A stretch of DNA of 64,000 nt from Thermosynechococcus sp. (GCF_025999095.1 NZ_AP024678.1:649527-713526), one strand, 5' to 3'; counted from the first letter of the stretch, positions 1 to 11,060 are shown. A program made the numbers and translations. The notes: a model not told the origin generated them from the sequence alone.

Positions 1-318
1 CAAGTTGGTGGCAATGCGGCTGAGCCAACCCCGAAATTTGCTGGCGTCTTGCAATTTGTGAATGTTGCGATAGACCCGAATCCAGACCTCTTGCACCAGG
101 TCGGCGCGATCGTCCCAGTCGGGTGCAAGGTGATAGATAACTCGCTCCACATGGGATTGATATCGCCGCAACAATTCAGTAAAGGCAGCGCGATCTGGGG
201 TTCTGCCGGCTTGACAGCGCACAACCAACTCTTGGGCTGTCAGTTTTGTCAGTGGCACCGTCACCCGAGCACTGGTCTCCTCACCACGTGGCCAAGCAAG
301 GGGAAGACTGGATGTCAT
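1..318 (-). CDS. RNA polymerase sigma factor, ECF/group-4 type, N-terminal part (the gene runs off the left edge)
   Basis: It is absent from the ORF track because it has no stop inside the window. My reverse-strand translation from the ATG at 318-316 reads MTSSLPLAWPRGEETSARVTVPLTKLTAQELVVRCQAGRTPDRAAFTELLRRYQSHVERVIYHLAPDWDDRADLVQEVWIRVYRNIHKLQDASKFRGWLSRIATNL, which is a sigma-70 region 2 signature. Confidence 0.75.
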   Translation of the reverse strand, partial: MTSSLPLAWPRGEETSARVTVPLTKLTAQELVVRCQAGRTPDRAAFTELLRRYQSHVERVIYHLAPDWDDRADLVQEVWIRVYRNIHKLQDASKFRGWLSRIATNL

Positions 319-571
319 GGATACAATCGACCTCAGACCTATCGCTTTTCATGACGCCCTTGCCCCTAGGATGTTCCTTGATCCGTTATAGCTTGCCAGG
401 GACATTTTCATGGGTTCGGTTTTGGCTGCGTGTCTGTTAATGTTTCCTTAACGTTGGTGAATTTAGATTAAAATGCTTATTGTAGCGGCGATCGCTCTTT
501 GGACGCGCTACACAAACACTCAACGCGCGGCTCAACGTAACCCCTTTTCCTAATTACCGCCCCTCACCACT

Positions 572-1435
572 ATGCTCTGGATCCGCATTGCCAGTGGACT
601 TGTCGCGATCGCACTTGCGCTGCTGATGACCTTCCTAGGCGGTTGGTATTTTTGTCTGGGGATTGGGGCGCTCATTTATCTGGGGCAACTGGAATATTTT
701 GAACTCGCCCGTGCGAAAGGGAGTGCACCGGCCGCTAAAACGACGCTAGTCGTCAGTCAGGTGCTCCTGATGACTTCCCTGCTGCGGCCTGACCTTGCGG
801 ATGCCGTCTTTCCAGTGGCGGGCACCTTTATTTGTTTTTACCTATTGTTTCAGCCCAAGCTGGCCTCGATCGCCGATATTTCCACCTCAATCATGGGGTT
901 GTTTTATGGCGGCTATTTGCCCAGCTATTGGGTGCGCCTGCGGGGGCTAGAACAGCAGTCAACCCTGCCCTTAGGGGGCTTCTGGCCAGAACGGCTGCAA
1001 CTGACGGCCTTTCCCTTGGGATTACAAGTGACGCTGTTGGCCTTTGCCTGTATTTGGGCGGCAGATATTGGTGCCTATGCGGTTGGTAAGCTCTTTGGCC
1101 GCACCCGTCTCTCTCACATCAGTCCCAAGAAAACCGTGGAAGGAGCTATGTTTGGTGTCTTGGGGAGCTTAGGCATCGCCCTTTGGGGAGCGTACTCCCT
1201 CGCCTGGCCCCTGCCTTGGCTGGCGGGAGCTCTGTTTGGTCTGATGATTGGGATTGCCAGCCTATTGGGCGATTTAACCGAGTCAATGATGAAACGGGAT
1301 GCCGGCGTCAAAGATTCTGGGCAGTTGATCCCGGGGCATGGCGGCATTTTGGACCGCGCTGATAGCTACGTATTCACAGCACCCTTGGTCTTTTATTTTG
1401 TAACGCTCCTCTTGCCAATTTTGGCTTTCCATTGA
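572..1435 (+). CDS. cdsA: phosphatidate cytidylyltransferase (CDP-diglyceride synthase)
   Basis: 287-aa polytopic membrane protein. It carries the C-terminal CdsA signature SPKKTVEGAMFGVLGS ... GDLTESMMKRDAGVKDSGQLIPGHGGILDRADSY. Confidence 0.9.
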   Translation: MLWIRIASGLVAIALALLMTFLGGWYFCLGIGALIYLGQLEYFELARAKGSAPAAKTTLVVSQVLLMTSLLRPDLADAVFPVAGTFICFYLLFQPKLASIADISTSIMGLFYGGYLPSYWVRLRGLEQQSTLPLGGFWPERLQLTAFPLGLQVTLLAFACIWAADIGAYAVGKLFGRTRLSHISPKKTVEGAMFGVLGSLGIALWGAYSLAWPLPWLAGALFGLMIGIASLLGDLTESMMKRDAGVKDSGQLIPGHGGILDRADSYVFTAPLVFYFVTLLLPILAFH

Positions 1436-1476
1436 TTTTTCCATTGATTCGGTTGGGAAAGGCTGCCAGCACCCGC

Positions 1477-1563
1477 GATCGCTACCCCCACATAGGCTTC
1501 GGCATTGAATATTGGCATCAGCACCGATAGCAGCGGCCTGTGGCTTTGATTATTGGACGTCAT
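1477..1563 (-). pseudogene. N-terminal remnant of a family-2 glycosyltransferase gene
   Basis: The 63-aa ORF at 1393..1584(-) contains MTSNNQSHRPLLSVLMPIFNAEAYVGVAI, a typical GT2 start (compare the intact GT2 at 36192..37040, FSIVMPAYN). The similarity is lost after about 40 aa, and the ORF runs into the 3' end of cdsA. Confidence 0.35.
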
Positions 1564-2124
1564 CACACAATCCATCCAGGGCAATACAGGTCTCGTGTCT
1601 CGAAGACGTCAACCTTGAACCAGCGCCTAGGGGGTACGACGACCTTATCAAGTCGCCGCTTCAGCCACCCTCCCCACCAGCTAAAGGGGCTGTTGGCGAT
1701 GATGTGATGGTGCTAGGCGCTCATTAGCTGCATGTCCCGATAACTTACCGCACCAGGATTGTGGTCAACCCCTGTTAAGGAATGGGCAACTTAAGAGGCT
1801 CCAGAACCCATTGGAGATCATCGGAAAACACCTAAAACCGCTCAGCATTCGTTTTTATTAATCATCGTGGCAATGGCAGCCGTGTAATATTCAGGCAAGT
1901 CTACGCCATGTACGCGCCTCGTCTGTGGATTGTTAAAGAGACATCGTTCTTCCAGTCTGAGGGGGTTTTCTATCGATTCAACCGTCATTAGCCTGAGCAG
2001 TATACTCTTAATGATTTCCTAATTTATGACTACTCTTTGATTTGCCCGCGTTTTAACGGCCTGTACAGCCCCTTATCTAGAACATGGGATTGCAAAAGTG
2101 TCATCAGAACAGTCACTAACAGTA

Positions 2125-2664
2125 ATGCAACGCTTAGCAAAACCCAATTTTTTAGTGAAACTGCGAGCAGGGGTATTCTCCCTAGCCCTTTTTTCGTTAG
2201 TTGTACCGGCGGTTGCCAACGCTGAAAATCCTGCCCATGTGCGACAACTCTTGGAAACGCGCCAATGTCCCAACTGTGATCTGCGGGGCGCAAACCTGAT
2301 GGATGCCAATTTGTTTAAGGCGAACTTAGCAGGTGCCAATTTGGAGGGGGCCTATCTGGCGGGTGCGAATCTCTTTGGTGCCAATTTGGCAAGAGCAAAC
2401 TTGAACCGTGCCAGTCTATACCTAGCGATTTTGGTCAATGCCAATTTGGCAGGAGCACAACTGGTGGGAACACGCCTCACCCTCAGCAACCTTGTCAATG
2501 CCAACCTCAGCGGTGCCAATCTGGAGAATGCGGTCATGAAAGGGGCAAATATGATTGATGCGAATTTGACGGCTGCCAACCTGAAGGGGGCCGATCTCGA
2601 TCGCGCCAACTTGAGTGGGGCCAATTTAAGCCAAACAATCTTTGATCGCCCCCCCAACCCCTAA
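2125..2664 (+). CDS. secreted pentapeptide-repeat protein
   Basis: Signal peptide [33 protein letters not shown] followed by about 25 A(N/D)LxG/A pentapeptide repeats. I prefer the ATG at 2125 to the GTG at 2098 given in the ORF track. Confidence 0.85.
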   Translation: MQRLAKPNFLVKLRAGVFSLALFSLVVPAVANAENPAHVRQLLETRQCPNCDLRGANLMDANLFKANLAGANLEGAYLAGANLFGANLARANLNRASLYLAILVNANLAGAQLVGTRLTLSNLVNANLSGANLENAVMKGANMIDANLTAANLKGADLDRANLSGANLSQTIFDRPPNP

Positions 2665-4136
2665 GAAGTCGCTTGCGCCTGCTTTAGGGCAGCCGCAAGT
2701 CGCGGTTGATCCCAGCTTCGCTGGTGGAGAATTTGCCATGTGGCCATTAGATCAGGACCATGGACAGCACCGGTGAGGGCCGCCCGTAGGGTTCGCATTG
2801 TTGCTCCTTTTTTCACCCCTGCGGCTTTGGTGGTCTGTTGAATCAATTGTTGCCCCATCTCCACAGTGAGGGTTGGCTCTGAGGGTAAATGCTCTAGTAG
2901 GTAGGCCAAAATGCTCGCACTTTGGGGCTGGCCCAGTTGAGCCATGGCTTCAGAATCAAAGGTGACGCTGGGTATAAAGAAAATAGCCCCTTGATCAATG
3001 GCCTCCCTAAGGGTGTTGAGCCCGGGTTGCAGGAGTTGGGCAAGGTCAAACAACCAAGGGCGATCGCGCTCCTGATCAAAGGCATAGCCTGCCTCCTGCC
3101 ACAAAGGGATGAGTGCCGCCAAAAATTCTTCTGGCTCCAATTGTTGAATATATTGACGATTCAGCCAATTGAGCTTATCCCAGTCAAAGCGGGCGCCTGC
3201 CTTGTTAATCCGTTCAAAACTAAAGTGCTTCGCTGCCAGATCAAGGGTAAAGAGTTCCCCCATCCCCTCTGGTGGAGACCAGCCCAAAAGTGTCATGTAG
3301 TTCGCCAAAGCGGGGGCTAGATACCCCATCGCCCGAAAGTCGGAAATAGAGGTAACCCCATCCCGCTTCGAGAGTTTTTGCCCTGCCGAATTGAGAATCA
3401 AAGGGGTATGGGCAAAGTTGGGGGGGGTGGCGCCAAGGGCTTCGTAGAGCAAAATTTGCTTGGGGGTGTTGCCAATGTGGTCTTCACCGCGAATGACATC
3501 GGTAATGCCCATGGCAATGTCATCCACCACAACCACCAAGTTATAGAGGGGATAGCCAATTTCACCGCGGGGGGCTGCCCGTGCAATGACCATATCGCCG
3601 CCTAGATCGGCCCCCTGCCAACTGACTCGACCGCGCACCAAGTCCTGCCACTCAATCTGGCGATCGTCCTCAATTTTGAAGCGAATCACGGGGGTTCGTC
3701 CCGCTGCATCAAAGGCGGCTTGCTCCTCTGGGGTCAAATGGCGGTGACGGTTGTCGTAGCGGGGGGCTTGTCCCTTGGCTTTTTGTTCGGCTCGCAGGGC
3801 GTCCAGTTCTGCGGGGGTGCAGTAGCAGTAGTAGGCTAGTCCCTTGTCCAAGAGGGTTTGAATCGCTTGGCGGTACAGATCCAGGCGATCGCTCTGGAAA
3901 TAGGGGCCTTCATCCCACGTCAGCCCCAGCCATTGCAAGCCCTCCAGGATATTCTCGGTGTATTCAGGCCGCGATCGCTCGCGATCCGTATCCTCAATGC
4001 GCAGGATAAATTTTCCTCCCCGATGGCGGGCATAGAGCCAGTTGAATACAGCGGTACGGGCAGTCCCAATGTGCAGCTGTCCTGTCGGACTCGGCGCTAA
4101 ACGAACACGAACTGTCACTACTGACCTCGAATACAA
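2661..4136 (-). CDS. gltX: glutamate--tRNA ligase
   Basis: [46 protein letters not shown] (the HIGH-type motif is HIGT here) and KLSKRDG (the KMSKS-type motif). 491 aa. Confidence 0.95.
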   Translation of the reverse strand: MYSRSVVTVRVRLAPSPTGQLHIGTARTAVFNWLYARHRGGKFILRIEDTDRERSRPEYTENILEGLQWLGLTWDEGPYFQSDRLDLYRQAIQTLLDKGLAYYCYCTPAELDALRAEQKAKGQAPRYDNRHRHLTPEEQAAFDAAGRTPVIRFKIEDDRQIEWQDLVRGRVSWQGADLGGDMVIARAAPRGEIGYPLYNLVVVVDDIAMGITDVIRGEDHIGNTPKQILLYEALGATPPNFAHTPLILNSAGQKLSKRDGVTSISDFRAMGYLAPALANYMTLLGWSPPEGMGELFTLDLAAKHFSFERINKAGARFDWDKLNWLNRQYIQQLEPEEFLAALIPLWQEAGYAFDQERDRPWLFDLAQLLQPGLNTLREAIDQGAIFFIPSVTFDSEAMAQLGQPQSASILAYLLEHLPSEPTLTVEMGQQLIQQTTKAAGVKKGATMRTLRAALTGAVHGPDLMATWQILHQRSWDQPRLAAALKQAQATS

Positions 4137-4176
4137 AAATCGCCCTTCCGATCCTACCGCATTGGTTACAGGCCTT

Positions 4177-6276
4177 CTAGGCTAGGGTATAGGGACGATT
4201 CAGCCGCTCCAGTTGCTGTACCAGCAGACTCAGAAACAGTCCTACATCCGTGACTACGCCCACGGATTCCACAGAACCCCGATCCGCTAGTTTGGTTACG
4301 ACCGCTGGGTTAATATCCACACAGACTAACTTCACCCCAGCAGGGGTCATATTGCCAACCCCAATGGAGTGCAGCATCGACGCGAGCATCAAAATCATGT
4401 TTGCACCCCGAATCAGGTGAGCATACTCCCGCTGCGCCACAATTAAATCCATCAGGGTATCGGGCAGTGGGCCATCATCGCGGATTGAGCCCGCCAGGAC
4501 AAAGGGCACATTATTTTTGACACACTCATACATCACGCCACTGGTGAGAATGCCCTGAGCCACAGCGTTGGCAATACTGCCACAGCGACGAATGGTATTG
4601 ATCACTTTCAGGTGATGACGGTGACCACCCCGCACCGGGACGCCCCGCTGCATATCCACCCCCAAGGAGGTGCCCATGATGGCCTGCTCCATATCGTGCA
4701 CAGCGATCGCGTTGCCGCCGAGGAGTCCTTGGACATAGCCTTCACGGATTAGCTTGGCTAAATGCTCACCCCCACCCGTGTGGATAACCACTGGCCCAGC
4801 CACCACAATCGCTTTGCCTCCCTGATCGCGGATGCGCCGCAGCTCCCAAGCAATCTGTTCCACCACCAGTTCGACGCGGCGTTCACTGGAGACCCCTGAT
4901 CCCATGAATGTGAACTCTTGGTTGTTGCGCTGGCTTTCCGTTTTCCGAATCGTGCGGATGCCTTCGACGCCCACGACGACGCGATCGCCCACCTGCAAAT
5001 CCCGCAGAATCCGACACTCCGCCACCGTGCCTTCTGGGGTTGAGCGCACCACAATCGCCCCATCCATGCGTTGGTTTTGAACCCGAACCCACTCGCCCGC
5101 AACCCGCACCTCTGTGGGGTAAATCGTTGTCACATAGAAGTCATCCGGGGCAACCCCTGCTTGGGTAACGGTTTCGAGGGTAGCATCGCAGACCTCCGAG
5201 GGCGGCAAAATCGCCCCGAGGGTGATCAACTGCGCCATGATGCCATCCATGACCTCGGCATCGGGGGCCATGACTCGAATATCCGCTTGGGAAGGACTTT
5301 GCCGCTGTTCGCCAAGGTTAAATTGTAGGACTTGGAAACTACCACCATTTTCGACAATTGTGTCGAGGACACGGTTCATCAGACCAGAGTCGAGGAGGTG
5401 TCCCTCCAGATGAACGACCCGATTGGGAATGGTGGCGGGTGCATGGAGTTCTTCACGCACCGGTTCAGTCACCCGCAACGTCAAACACTTAGCCGCACCT
5501 CCCGCCTTCAGAAATTCTGTGAGGGGCGTCTCCACCACCTCAAAGCCCACTTGGGCAAGGGCGGACTTCAACTCTTGGCTGGCACGGTTGAGAATCACCG
5601 TGCGATCGATATTGACGGCATTGCAGGCAAAATTAACCGCATCAGGCTCTTTAAGGGCAATTCGTTTATCCGCCGGTACCCGCAGTTCAATAAGACGGTT
5701 GGAATAGGCATCAAACGCGGGAGGATAGTAAAGTAAGTAGCCATTGGTCAGCGGGCAAAAACACGTGTCAAGGTGATAGAAGCGCTCATCCATCAGCCGC
5801 AGCGAGAGGACTTCAACATCTAGCCACTTTGCCAAATAGGCATGGGAATCCAATTCTGAACGGAAGCCATACCCCGCCCACAGCCAGCGGCCCTCGCGAT
5901 CCAAGAGGGCATCCCCTGCCCCCTCAAAAGGCAGTTCTTTGGGTAGCTCAAAGACCTGGTACCCCTGGGATTCAAACCACGCCTTAAAGTAGGGTTCTTC
6001 GCCCTGACGTTCTGGGTGATAAAAGCGACTGAGCACCACACGATCGCCCAGCACCAACCCCGCATTCGCCGTAAACACCATATCAGGCCAGCCCGGCTGC
6101 GGCTCAATCAAGTCAACCGTCGCCCGAGCCTGGATAATTTCGTAGAGTCTTTGCCACTGCTCCTGTGCCCGATCGCGGGAGGATTTGTGGATATTTCCCT
6201 CCATCCAAGGATTGATCACATAGTCCACCTGATAATAGGTGGGCGGGCACATGAGGAATCGCAGGGTTGAACTCAT
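4177..6276 (-). CDS. argZ: bifunctional arginine dihydrolase / ornithine cyclodeaminase-like protein (ArgZ/AgrE family)
   Basis: 699-aa fusion. The N-terminal half is a guanidino-group-modifying fold ([17 protein letters not shown] ... [11 protein letters not shown], the catalytic-Cys context). The C-terminal half is a LOR/SDH-like (TIGR00300-type) domain. The architecture matches Synechocystis Sll1336 as I recall it. Confidence 0.8.
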   Translation of the reverse strand: MSSTLRFLMCPPTYYQVDYVINPWMEGNIHKSSRDRAQEQWQRLYEIIQARATVDLIEPQPGWPDMVFTANAGLVLGDRVVLSRFYHPERQGEEPYFKAWFESQGYQVFELPKELPFEGAGDALLDREGRWLWAGYGFRSELDSHAYLAKWLDVEVLSLRLMDERFYHLDTCFCPLTNGYLLYYPPAFDAYSNRLIELRVPADKRIALKEPDAVNFACNAVNIDRTVILNRASQELKSALAQVGFEVVETPLTEFLKAGGAAKCLTLRVTEPVREELHAPATIPNRVVHLEGHLLDSGLMNRVLDTIVENGGSFQVLQFNLGEQRQSPSQADIRVMAPDAEVMDGIMAQLITLGAILPPSEVCDATLETVTQAGVAPDDFYVTTIYPTEVRVAGEWVRVQNQRMDGAIVVRSTPEGTVAECRILRDLQVGDRVVVGVEGIRTIRKTESQRNNQEFTFMGSGVSSERRVELVVEQIAWELRRIRDQGGKAIVVAGPVVIHTGGGEHLAKLIREGYVQGLLGGNAIAVHDMEQAIMGTSLGVDMQRGVPVRGGHRHHLKVINTIRRCGSIANAVAQGILTSGVMYECVKNNVPFVLAGSIRDDGPLPDTLMDLIVAQREYAHLIRGANMILMLASMLHSIGVGNMTPAGVKLVCVDINPAVVTKLADRGSVESVGVVTDVGLFLSLLVQQLERLNRPYTLA

Positions 6277-6544
6277 AGGGATTGTTTAGAAATCGTTGAA
6301 ATGTGTGAAAACAGTATGGGATGGGCTCCACGGCACCCATCGCAAACTTTAAATAATTCTATAGGCAGGGGGGATTCTGACGGTTACTTTTGTCATCAAG
6401 TCCTGACATTATCCCCCTTGTCCTTTGGGGTAGGGGCAATTCTATTTGCAAAGAGCAGGGGAAATCTGCGCTAAGATTATAATTTGCGCGATCGCGCACA
6501 GCCAACTGACACTACACTGACACCATCTGCGAAGGGGAACGACC

Positions 6545-8008
6545 TTGACTGACCTGATTGACCTCATTTCCGTAACGACTGAGCCACGTTCCAATAGCCA
6601 GCTCCTCGCCAAAATTGAGGTTGCGGGGGCACACTCTCAACAGGTATATAACCAAGTGGTCAACGATCTCCTTCGCCACACACAAGTGCCCGGATTTCGC
6701 AAGGGGAAAGCCCCCCGGCAGCTTGTATTGCAGCAGCTTGGCAGAGAGCGGCTGCACTATCTTGCCATGGAAAAACTGATTGAGGATGCCGTCAAAACCG
6801 CCGTTGAAAAGAACAATATCCCCTACCTAGGCAATCTCGAACTCGAAGGGAGCATTGCAGAGCTACGGGATCAATTTCATCCCGGCGAAAACTTTTCCTT
6901 CAGCGTCACGTTTGACGTCGAACCAGAAGTGACGGTCACAGCCTATCAAGGACTAACCATTGAGTACAGTCCCGTCACCTACAATCCCGAAACTGTCGAG
7001 CAGCTCTTGCAGCGGCACCAACGGGAGCACGCCACCCTCATTCCCGTGGAAGACCGACCGGCTCAGTGGGGGGATGATGTCACCCTGAAACTCGTGACCA
7101 AAGATGAAAACGGGGAAGTGGTGAAGGAACTCTCAGCGGATGAATTGCCCCTGTCCCTCGATGCAGCGCAACCCTTTTTGCTCAAAGAAATTCCTGCTGC
7201 TGTTGTCGGCATGAGTATTGGTGAACTAAAAACGGTGACGGTGTCTGTTGCCCAGGAAGCAGCGGAAGGAAAAGCGGAGACTCCCAAACCGTTGACCGCT
7301 GAGATTGAACTCTTGGGAATTAAAGCCCCGGAACTGCCCCCCCTAGACGATGCCTTTGCCGCTGAGCACAGTGAATTTAGCACCATGGCAGAATTGCGGG
7401 CCTATCTAGAGCAAAATCATCAGGAGCGAGCTAAAAATCAAGACAAGCAAGCCAAAGAAGCTGCCCTCATTGATGCCCTCATTGCGCAAAATCCCGTTGA
7501 ATTGCCAAAAACCCTGATCCGCAAAGAAGCGGATGTGAAGGTGCGGACAACTCTGATGCAAATTCAGTCCCAAGGTGTTGATCTCAACAAGATCCTGACC
7601 GAGGAACTCTACGAGAAAATGCGCCAAGAGGCAGAGCCGGCGGCAGCTAAGGACGTGCACGCCCGTTTGTTGTTGAAGGCGATCGCTCGCCAAGAGGGCA
7701 TTGAGCCCAGTCCAGAAGCAGTTGAGGAACGGCTGAACCGCTACAAAGAAGTGGTGAGGAACCAAACGGCAAAGGATCTGGAACGACTCCGCGAATTGGC
7801 CCACGATGAAGTGCAGCAGGAGCAAGTCCTCAACTGGCTCCTAGAGCAAAATACATTTCAGCCGGTGCAGTCCGACACAGCCACTGAGCAGCCCCCGGGG
7901 ACTACTGGAGCGCCAAAGGATACCCAGATGGAGGCCGTTGCTGAAAACCCATCCACGCCGCAAAAACGATCTGGCAAAAAGGCAAGTGCTGCCCCATCCC
8001 AAGAATAG
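6545..8008 (+). CDS. tig: trigger factor (ribosome-associated peptidyl-prolyl isomerase chaperone)
   Basis: [19 protein letters not shown] ribosome-binding signature, 487 aa, and the conserved tig-clpP-clpX gene order. The TTG start at 6545 is uncertain. Confidence 0.9.
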   Translation: MTDLIDLISVTTEPRSNSQLLAKIEVAGAHSQQVYNQVVNDLLRHTQVPGFRKGKAPRQLVLQQLGRERLHYLAMEKLIEDAVKTAVEKNNIPYLGNLELEGSIAELRDQFHPGENFSFSVTFDVEPEVTVTAYQGLTIEYSPVTYNPETVEQLLQRHQREHATLIPVEDRPAQWGDDVTLKLVTKDENGEVVKELSADELPLSLDAAQPFLLKEIPAAVVGMSIGELKTVTVSVAQEAAEGKAETPKPLTAEIELLGIKAPELPPLDDAFAAEHSEFSTMAELRAYLEQNHQERAKNQDKQAKEAALIDALIAQNPVELPKTLIRKEADVKVRTTLMQIQSQGVDLNKILTEELYEKMRQEAEPAAAKDVHARLLLKAIARQEGIEPSPEAVEERLNRYKEVVRNQTAKDLERLRELAHDEVQQEQVLNWLLEQNTFQPVQSDTATEQPPGTTGAPKDTQMEAVAENPSTPQKRSGKKASAAPSQE

Positions 8009-8052
8009 TTCGGCATAATGGAGGTAATGATCCCTCCGGGAACAAACCGCTG

Positions 8053-8086
8053 GTTACAATTAATTACAGTTACAATTAGTTACAAA
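8053..8086 (+). promoter_or_regulatory. two overlapping HLR1 (RpaB-binding) direct-repeat units upstream of clpP
   Basis: GTTACAAT-TA-ATTACAGT (8053-8070) overlaps GTTACAAT-TA-GTTACAAA (8069-8086). The second unit matches (G/T)TTACA(T/A)(T/A)N2(G/T)TTACA(T/A)(T/A) perfectly. TACAAT at 8071-8076 is a candidate -10 box. Confidence 0.6.
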
Positions 8087-8108
8087 TAAAGCGTCATTTT
8101 AGGCCACT

Positions 8109-8798
8109 ATGCTGCAATCCCGTTATGACCACCCCCTGAGTGCCATTCTGCGCTCTCCAGCGCTCAATCTGCCGTCTACCCATGCCAATATTGTGCCGAT
8201 GGTGGTTGAGCAGTCGGGGCGGGGTGAACGAGCCTTTGACATTTATTCGCGGCTTCTGCGCGAGCGCATCATTTTCTTAGGTGGAGGGGCAGGCGATCGC
8301 CGCGGTATTGATGATGCCGTTGCCGACTCTATTGTGGCGCAACTTCTCTATCTAGATGCCGAGGATCCAGAAAAAGACATTTACCTATACATTAACTCCC
8401 CGGGTGGCTCAGTCACCGCCGGCATGGCCATCTACGACACAATGAAACACATTCGCCCCGATGTGTGTACCCTCTGCTTTGGCTTGGCCGCCAGTATGGG
8501 TGCCTTTTTGCTCTCCGGCGGCACTCCTGGTAAACGGATGGCTCTGCCCCACGCTCGCATCATGATCCACCAGCCCTTAGGGGGGGCCCAAGGTCAGGCG
8601 GTGGACATTGAAATCCAAGCGCGGGAAATTCTCTACCACAAGCGCAAGCTCAATGAACTCTTGGCTCAGCACACGGGGCAACCGATCGAGCGCATTGAAG
8701 CCGATACAGAGCGGGATTTCTTTATGTCCGCTGAAGAGGCAAAAGCCTACGGTCTGATTGATCAGGTGGTGACGCGGCAAAGCCTCCCGAGCCACTAA
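8109..8798 (+). CDS. clpP: ATP-dependent Clp protease proteolytic subunit
   Basis: [32 protein letters not shown], the catalytic Ser context GLAASMGAF, and the His context IMIHQPLGG. It is co-oriented with clpX 32 nt downstream. Confidence 0.92.
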   Translation: MLQSRYDHPLSAILRSPALNLPSTHANIVPMVVEQSGRGERAFDIYSRLLRERIIFLGGGAGDRRGIDDAVADSIVAQLLYLDAEDPEKDIYLYINSPGGSVTAGMAIYDTMKHIRPDVCTLCFGLAASMGAFLLSGGTPGKRMALPHARIMIHQPLGGAQGQAVDIEIQAREILYHKRKLNELLAQHTGQPIERIEADTERDFFMSAEEAKAYGLIDQVVTRQSLPSH

Positions 8799-8830
8799 GT
8801 ACACCCTACGTGCACCCCTAGAGGTTCCCT

Positions 8831-10153
8831 ATGGCCAAATATGATACTCACCTTAAGTGCTCCTTTTGTGGTAAGTCACAGGAACAGGTGCGTAAGCTGA
8901 TCGCCGGCCCTGGGGTCTATATCTGTGATGAATGCGTAGAGCTGTGTAATGAAATCCTCGATGAGGAATTGGCCACCGTTCCCAATGCCGCCGCTCCCCG
9001 TCGAGAATCGCCGCCGCCGCGCTCCTCCCGCAGCACCCCCCGCAGTCGTCCTCTGAGCCAGGTGCCCAAGCCACGCCAAATCAAAGAATTTCTTGATCAG
9101 CACGTGGTGGGGCAGCACGAAGCTAAGAAAATCCTTTCGGTTGCAGTCTATAACCACTACAAGCGCCTGAGTCTTTTAGATAGTGATCAGCGGGGGGATG
9201 ACAACGTCGAACTGCAAAAGTCCAATATCCTGCTCATTGGCCCGACGGGTTCGGGCAAGACCCTCTTAGCTCAGACGCTAGCGAAGCTCCTCGATGTTCC
9301 CTTTGCGGTTGCCGATGCCACCACCCTCACGGAAGCGGGGTATGTAGGGGAAGATGTGGAAAACATTCTGCTGCGGTTGCTGCAAAACGCCAATATGGAT
9401 GTAGAGGAAGCCCAACGGGGGATTATCTACATTGACGAGATTGATAAGATTGCCCGCAAAAGTGAAAATCCCTCAATTACCCGTGATGTTTCCGGGGAAG
9501 GGGTACAGCAGGCGCTACTGAAAATGCTGGAGGGGACGATCGCCAATGTGCCGCCTCAGGGGGGGCGCAAGCATCCCTACCAAGACTGCATTCAAATTGA
9601 CACGACGAATATTCTCTTTATCTGCGGCGGTGCCTTTGTGGGTTTAGAAAAGACCATTGAGCAGCGGGTGGGCAAAAAAGCGATGGGCTTTGTCCGCGAT
9701 GGTGAGCTTCTGCCCAAGGAAAAACGCTCTGCCGATATTCTCAAACAACTGGAGCCCCACGATCTGGTGAAGTACGGCATGATTCCAGAGTTCATTGGCC
9801 GTATTCCTGTGGTTGCTGTGCTGGAGCCGCTGGATGTGGCTGCCTTGGCAGAAATTCTCACCCAACCTCAAAACGCGCTCCTGAAGCAGTACCAAAAACT
9901 GATGCGGATGGATAGTGTGGAGCTGCGCTTTGAACCAGCGGCGGTGGAGGCGATCGCCCAAGAGGCTTACCGTCGTAAAACCGGTGCCCGTGCCCTGCGC
10001 GCCATTGTTGAAGAGATTATGTTAGACGTGATGTACGAACTCCCCTCCCGCAAAGACCTGCGCGAATGTACCATCACCCCCGAAATGGTGGAAAAGCGCT
10101 CCACGGCTGAGCTGCTCCTGCATCCTTCTTCACTGCCGACCCTATCGGCATAG
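8831..10153 (+). CDS. clpX: ATP-dependent Clp protease ATP-binding subunit ClpX
   Basis: N-terminal zinc-binding domain [27 protein letters not shown], Walker [16 protein letters not shown], and Walker [10 protein letters not shown]. Confidence 0.97.
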   Translation: MAKYDTHLKCSFCGKSQEQVRKLIAGPGVYICDECVELCNEILDEELATVPNAAAPRRESPPPRSSRSTPRSRPLSQVPKPRQIKEFLDQHVVGQHEAKKILSVAVYNHYKRLSLLDSDQRGDDNVELQKSNILLIGPTGSGKTLLAQTLAKLLDVPFAVADATTLTEAGYVGEDVENILLRLLQNANMDVEEAQRGIIYIDEIDKIARKSENPSITRDVSGEGVQQALLKMLEGTIANVPPQGGRKHPYQDCIQIDTTNILFICGGAFVGLEKTIEQRVGKKAMGFVRDGELLPKEKRSADILKQLEPHDLVKYGMIPEFIGRIPVVAVLEPLDVAALAEILTQPQNALLKQYQKLMRMDSVELRFEPAAVEAIAQEAYRRKTGARALRAIVEEIMLDVMYELPSRKDLRECTITPEMVEKRSTAELLLHPSSLPTLSA

Positions 10154-10177
10154 GGTGCCGCCGGTAGCTTTAAAGGA

Positions 10178-10897
10178 CTAGAAGAAAACGTGGCTATCGG
10201 GCATCAAGCTCAACTCAAGGGGAACGGCGTGGGGATCTGTCTCTAGGGTCGCGCGAATCAGACGGGCAACGGTGGCCGGCCGCAGAAGTTTCTGGCGATC
10301 GATTTTGAGGTTGAGGGCATCCCAAAAGGGGGTATCCACACCGCCAAAGTAAAAAAGACTAAAGCGAATACCATAGCGCTTTAGTTCTTCGGCCATGCAT
10401 TTGCTAAAGCCCACCACCCCAAATTTTGCAGCACAGTAGGCCGACCCCATCGCGATTGAATGTTTACCGAGAATGCCGACAACGGTGCAGATGTGTCCCT
10501 GTTGCTGCTCTTTCATGAGTTCGGCAGCCTGTTGGCTAGTGTAAAAGCAACCCTTGAGGTTGAGGTCTAACATTTGATCTAGTTCAGCCGCAGTAATCTT
10601 TTGATAGGGCTTGAGGAGGCCAGCTCCCGCCGCGTTGATCAATATATCGAGTCTTGCCTGTTGGCTGCGGATGGCTTGCATCAATGCGCTTACTTGCGCC
10701 GGTTGGGTGATGTCACAGGGCTGAATTTGTACCGTAACTGAGGAGGGAAGACGCTCGGCCAAGGCCTGCAGGCGATCGCGCGAGCGTGCTGCCAAGACCA
10801 ACGTGGCACCCGTTGCTTGGAGTTCCTCGACAACGGCTTGACCAATCCCCCCTGTGGCACCCACCACCAACACCACACGATCTGCTAAGACACTCAT
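10178..10897 (-). CDS. short-chain dehydrogenase/reductase (SDR) family oxidoreductase
   Basis: The VVGATGGIGQAV Rossmann motif, NAAG, and the catalytic YCAAK. Confidence 0.85.
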   Translation of the reverse strand: MSVLADRVVLVVGATGGIGQAVVEELQATGATLVLAARSRDRLQALAERLPSSVTVQIQPCDITQPAQVSALMQAIRSQQARLDILINAAGAGLLKPYQKITAAELDQMLDLNLKGCFYTSQQAAELMKEQQQGHICTVVGILGKHSIAMGSAYCAAKFGVVGFSKCMAEELKRYGIRFSLFYFGGVDTPFWDALNLKIDRQKLLRPATVARLIRATLETDPHAVPLELSLMPDSHVFF

Positions 10898-11060
10898 TTT
10901 GTTACATTTCTTTATGTTTACCCTTTTATCCTAGCGTTTCTTGAATTCCCGAAAACCTGCCAATGGCTTAGGCGATCAAATTTAGAAAGACAAGCCTTTG
11001 TTCTGCGTATTAGGATTGAGCCGTTAGGCTTGTCGCCTAGGTGTGACGGAGTTGGCATGA

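Noticed and set aside
49-354. 101-aa plus-strand ORF at the left edge
   Set aside because: It is antisense to a much better-supported sigma-factor coding sequence, whose region-2 motifs are read on the minus strand.
1842-1988. 48-codon minus-strand ORF (MTVESIENPLRLEERCLFNNPQTRRVHGVDLPEYYTAAIATMINKNEC)
   Set aside because: It has no recognisable family or ribosome-binding site and sits in a region that looks like decayed sequence. It is kept only as a note under the gene-relic finding.
10901-10925. GTTACATT-TC-TTTATGTT(TACCCT) next to the SDR start codon
   Set aside because: Only the first half-site is a good HLR1 match. The element starts 4 nt from the SDR initiation codon, inside what must be its 5' UTR, and is 140 nt from tamB. 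It is too weak to call.
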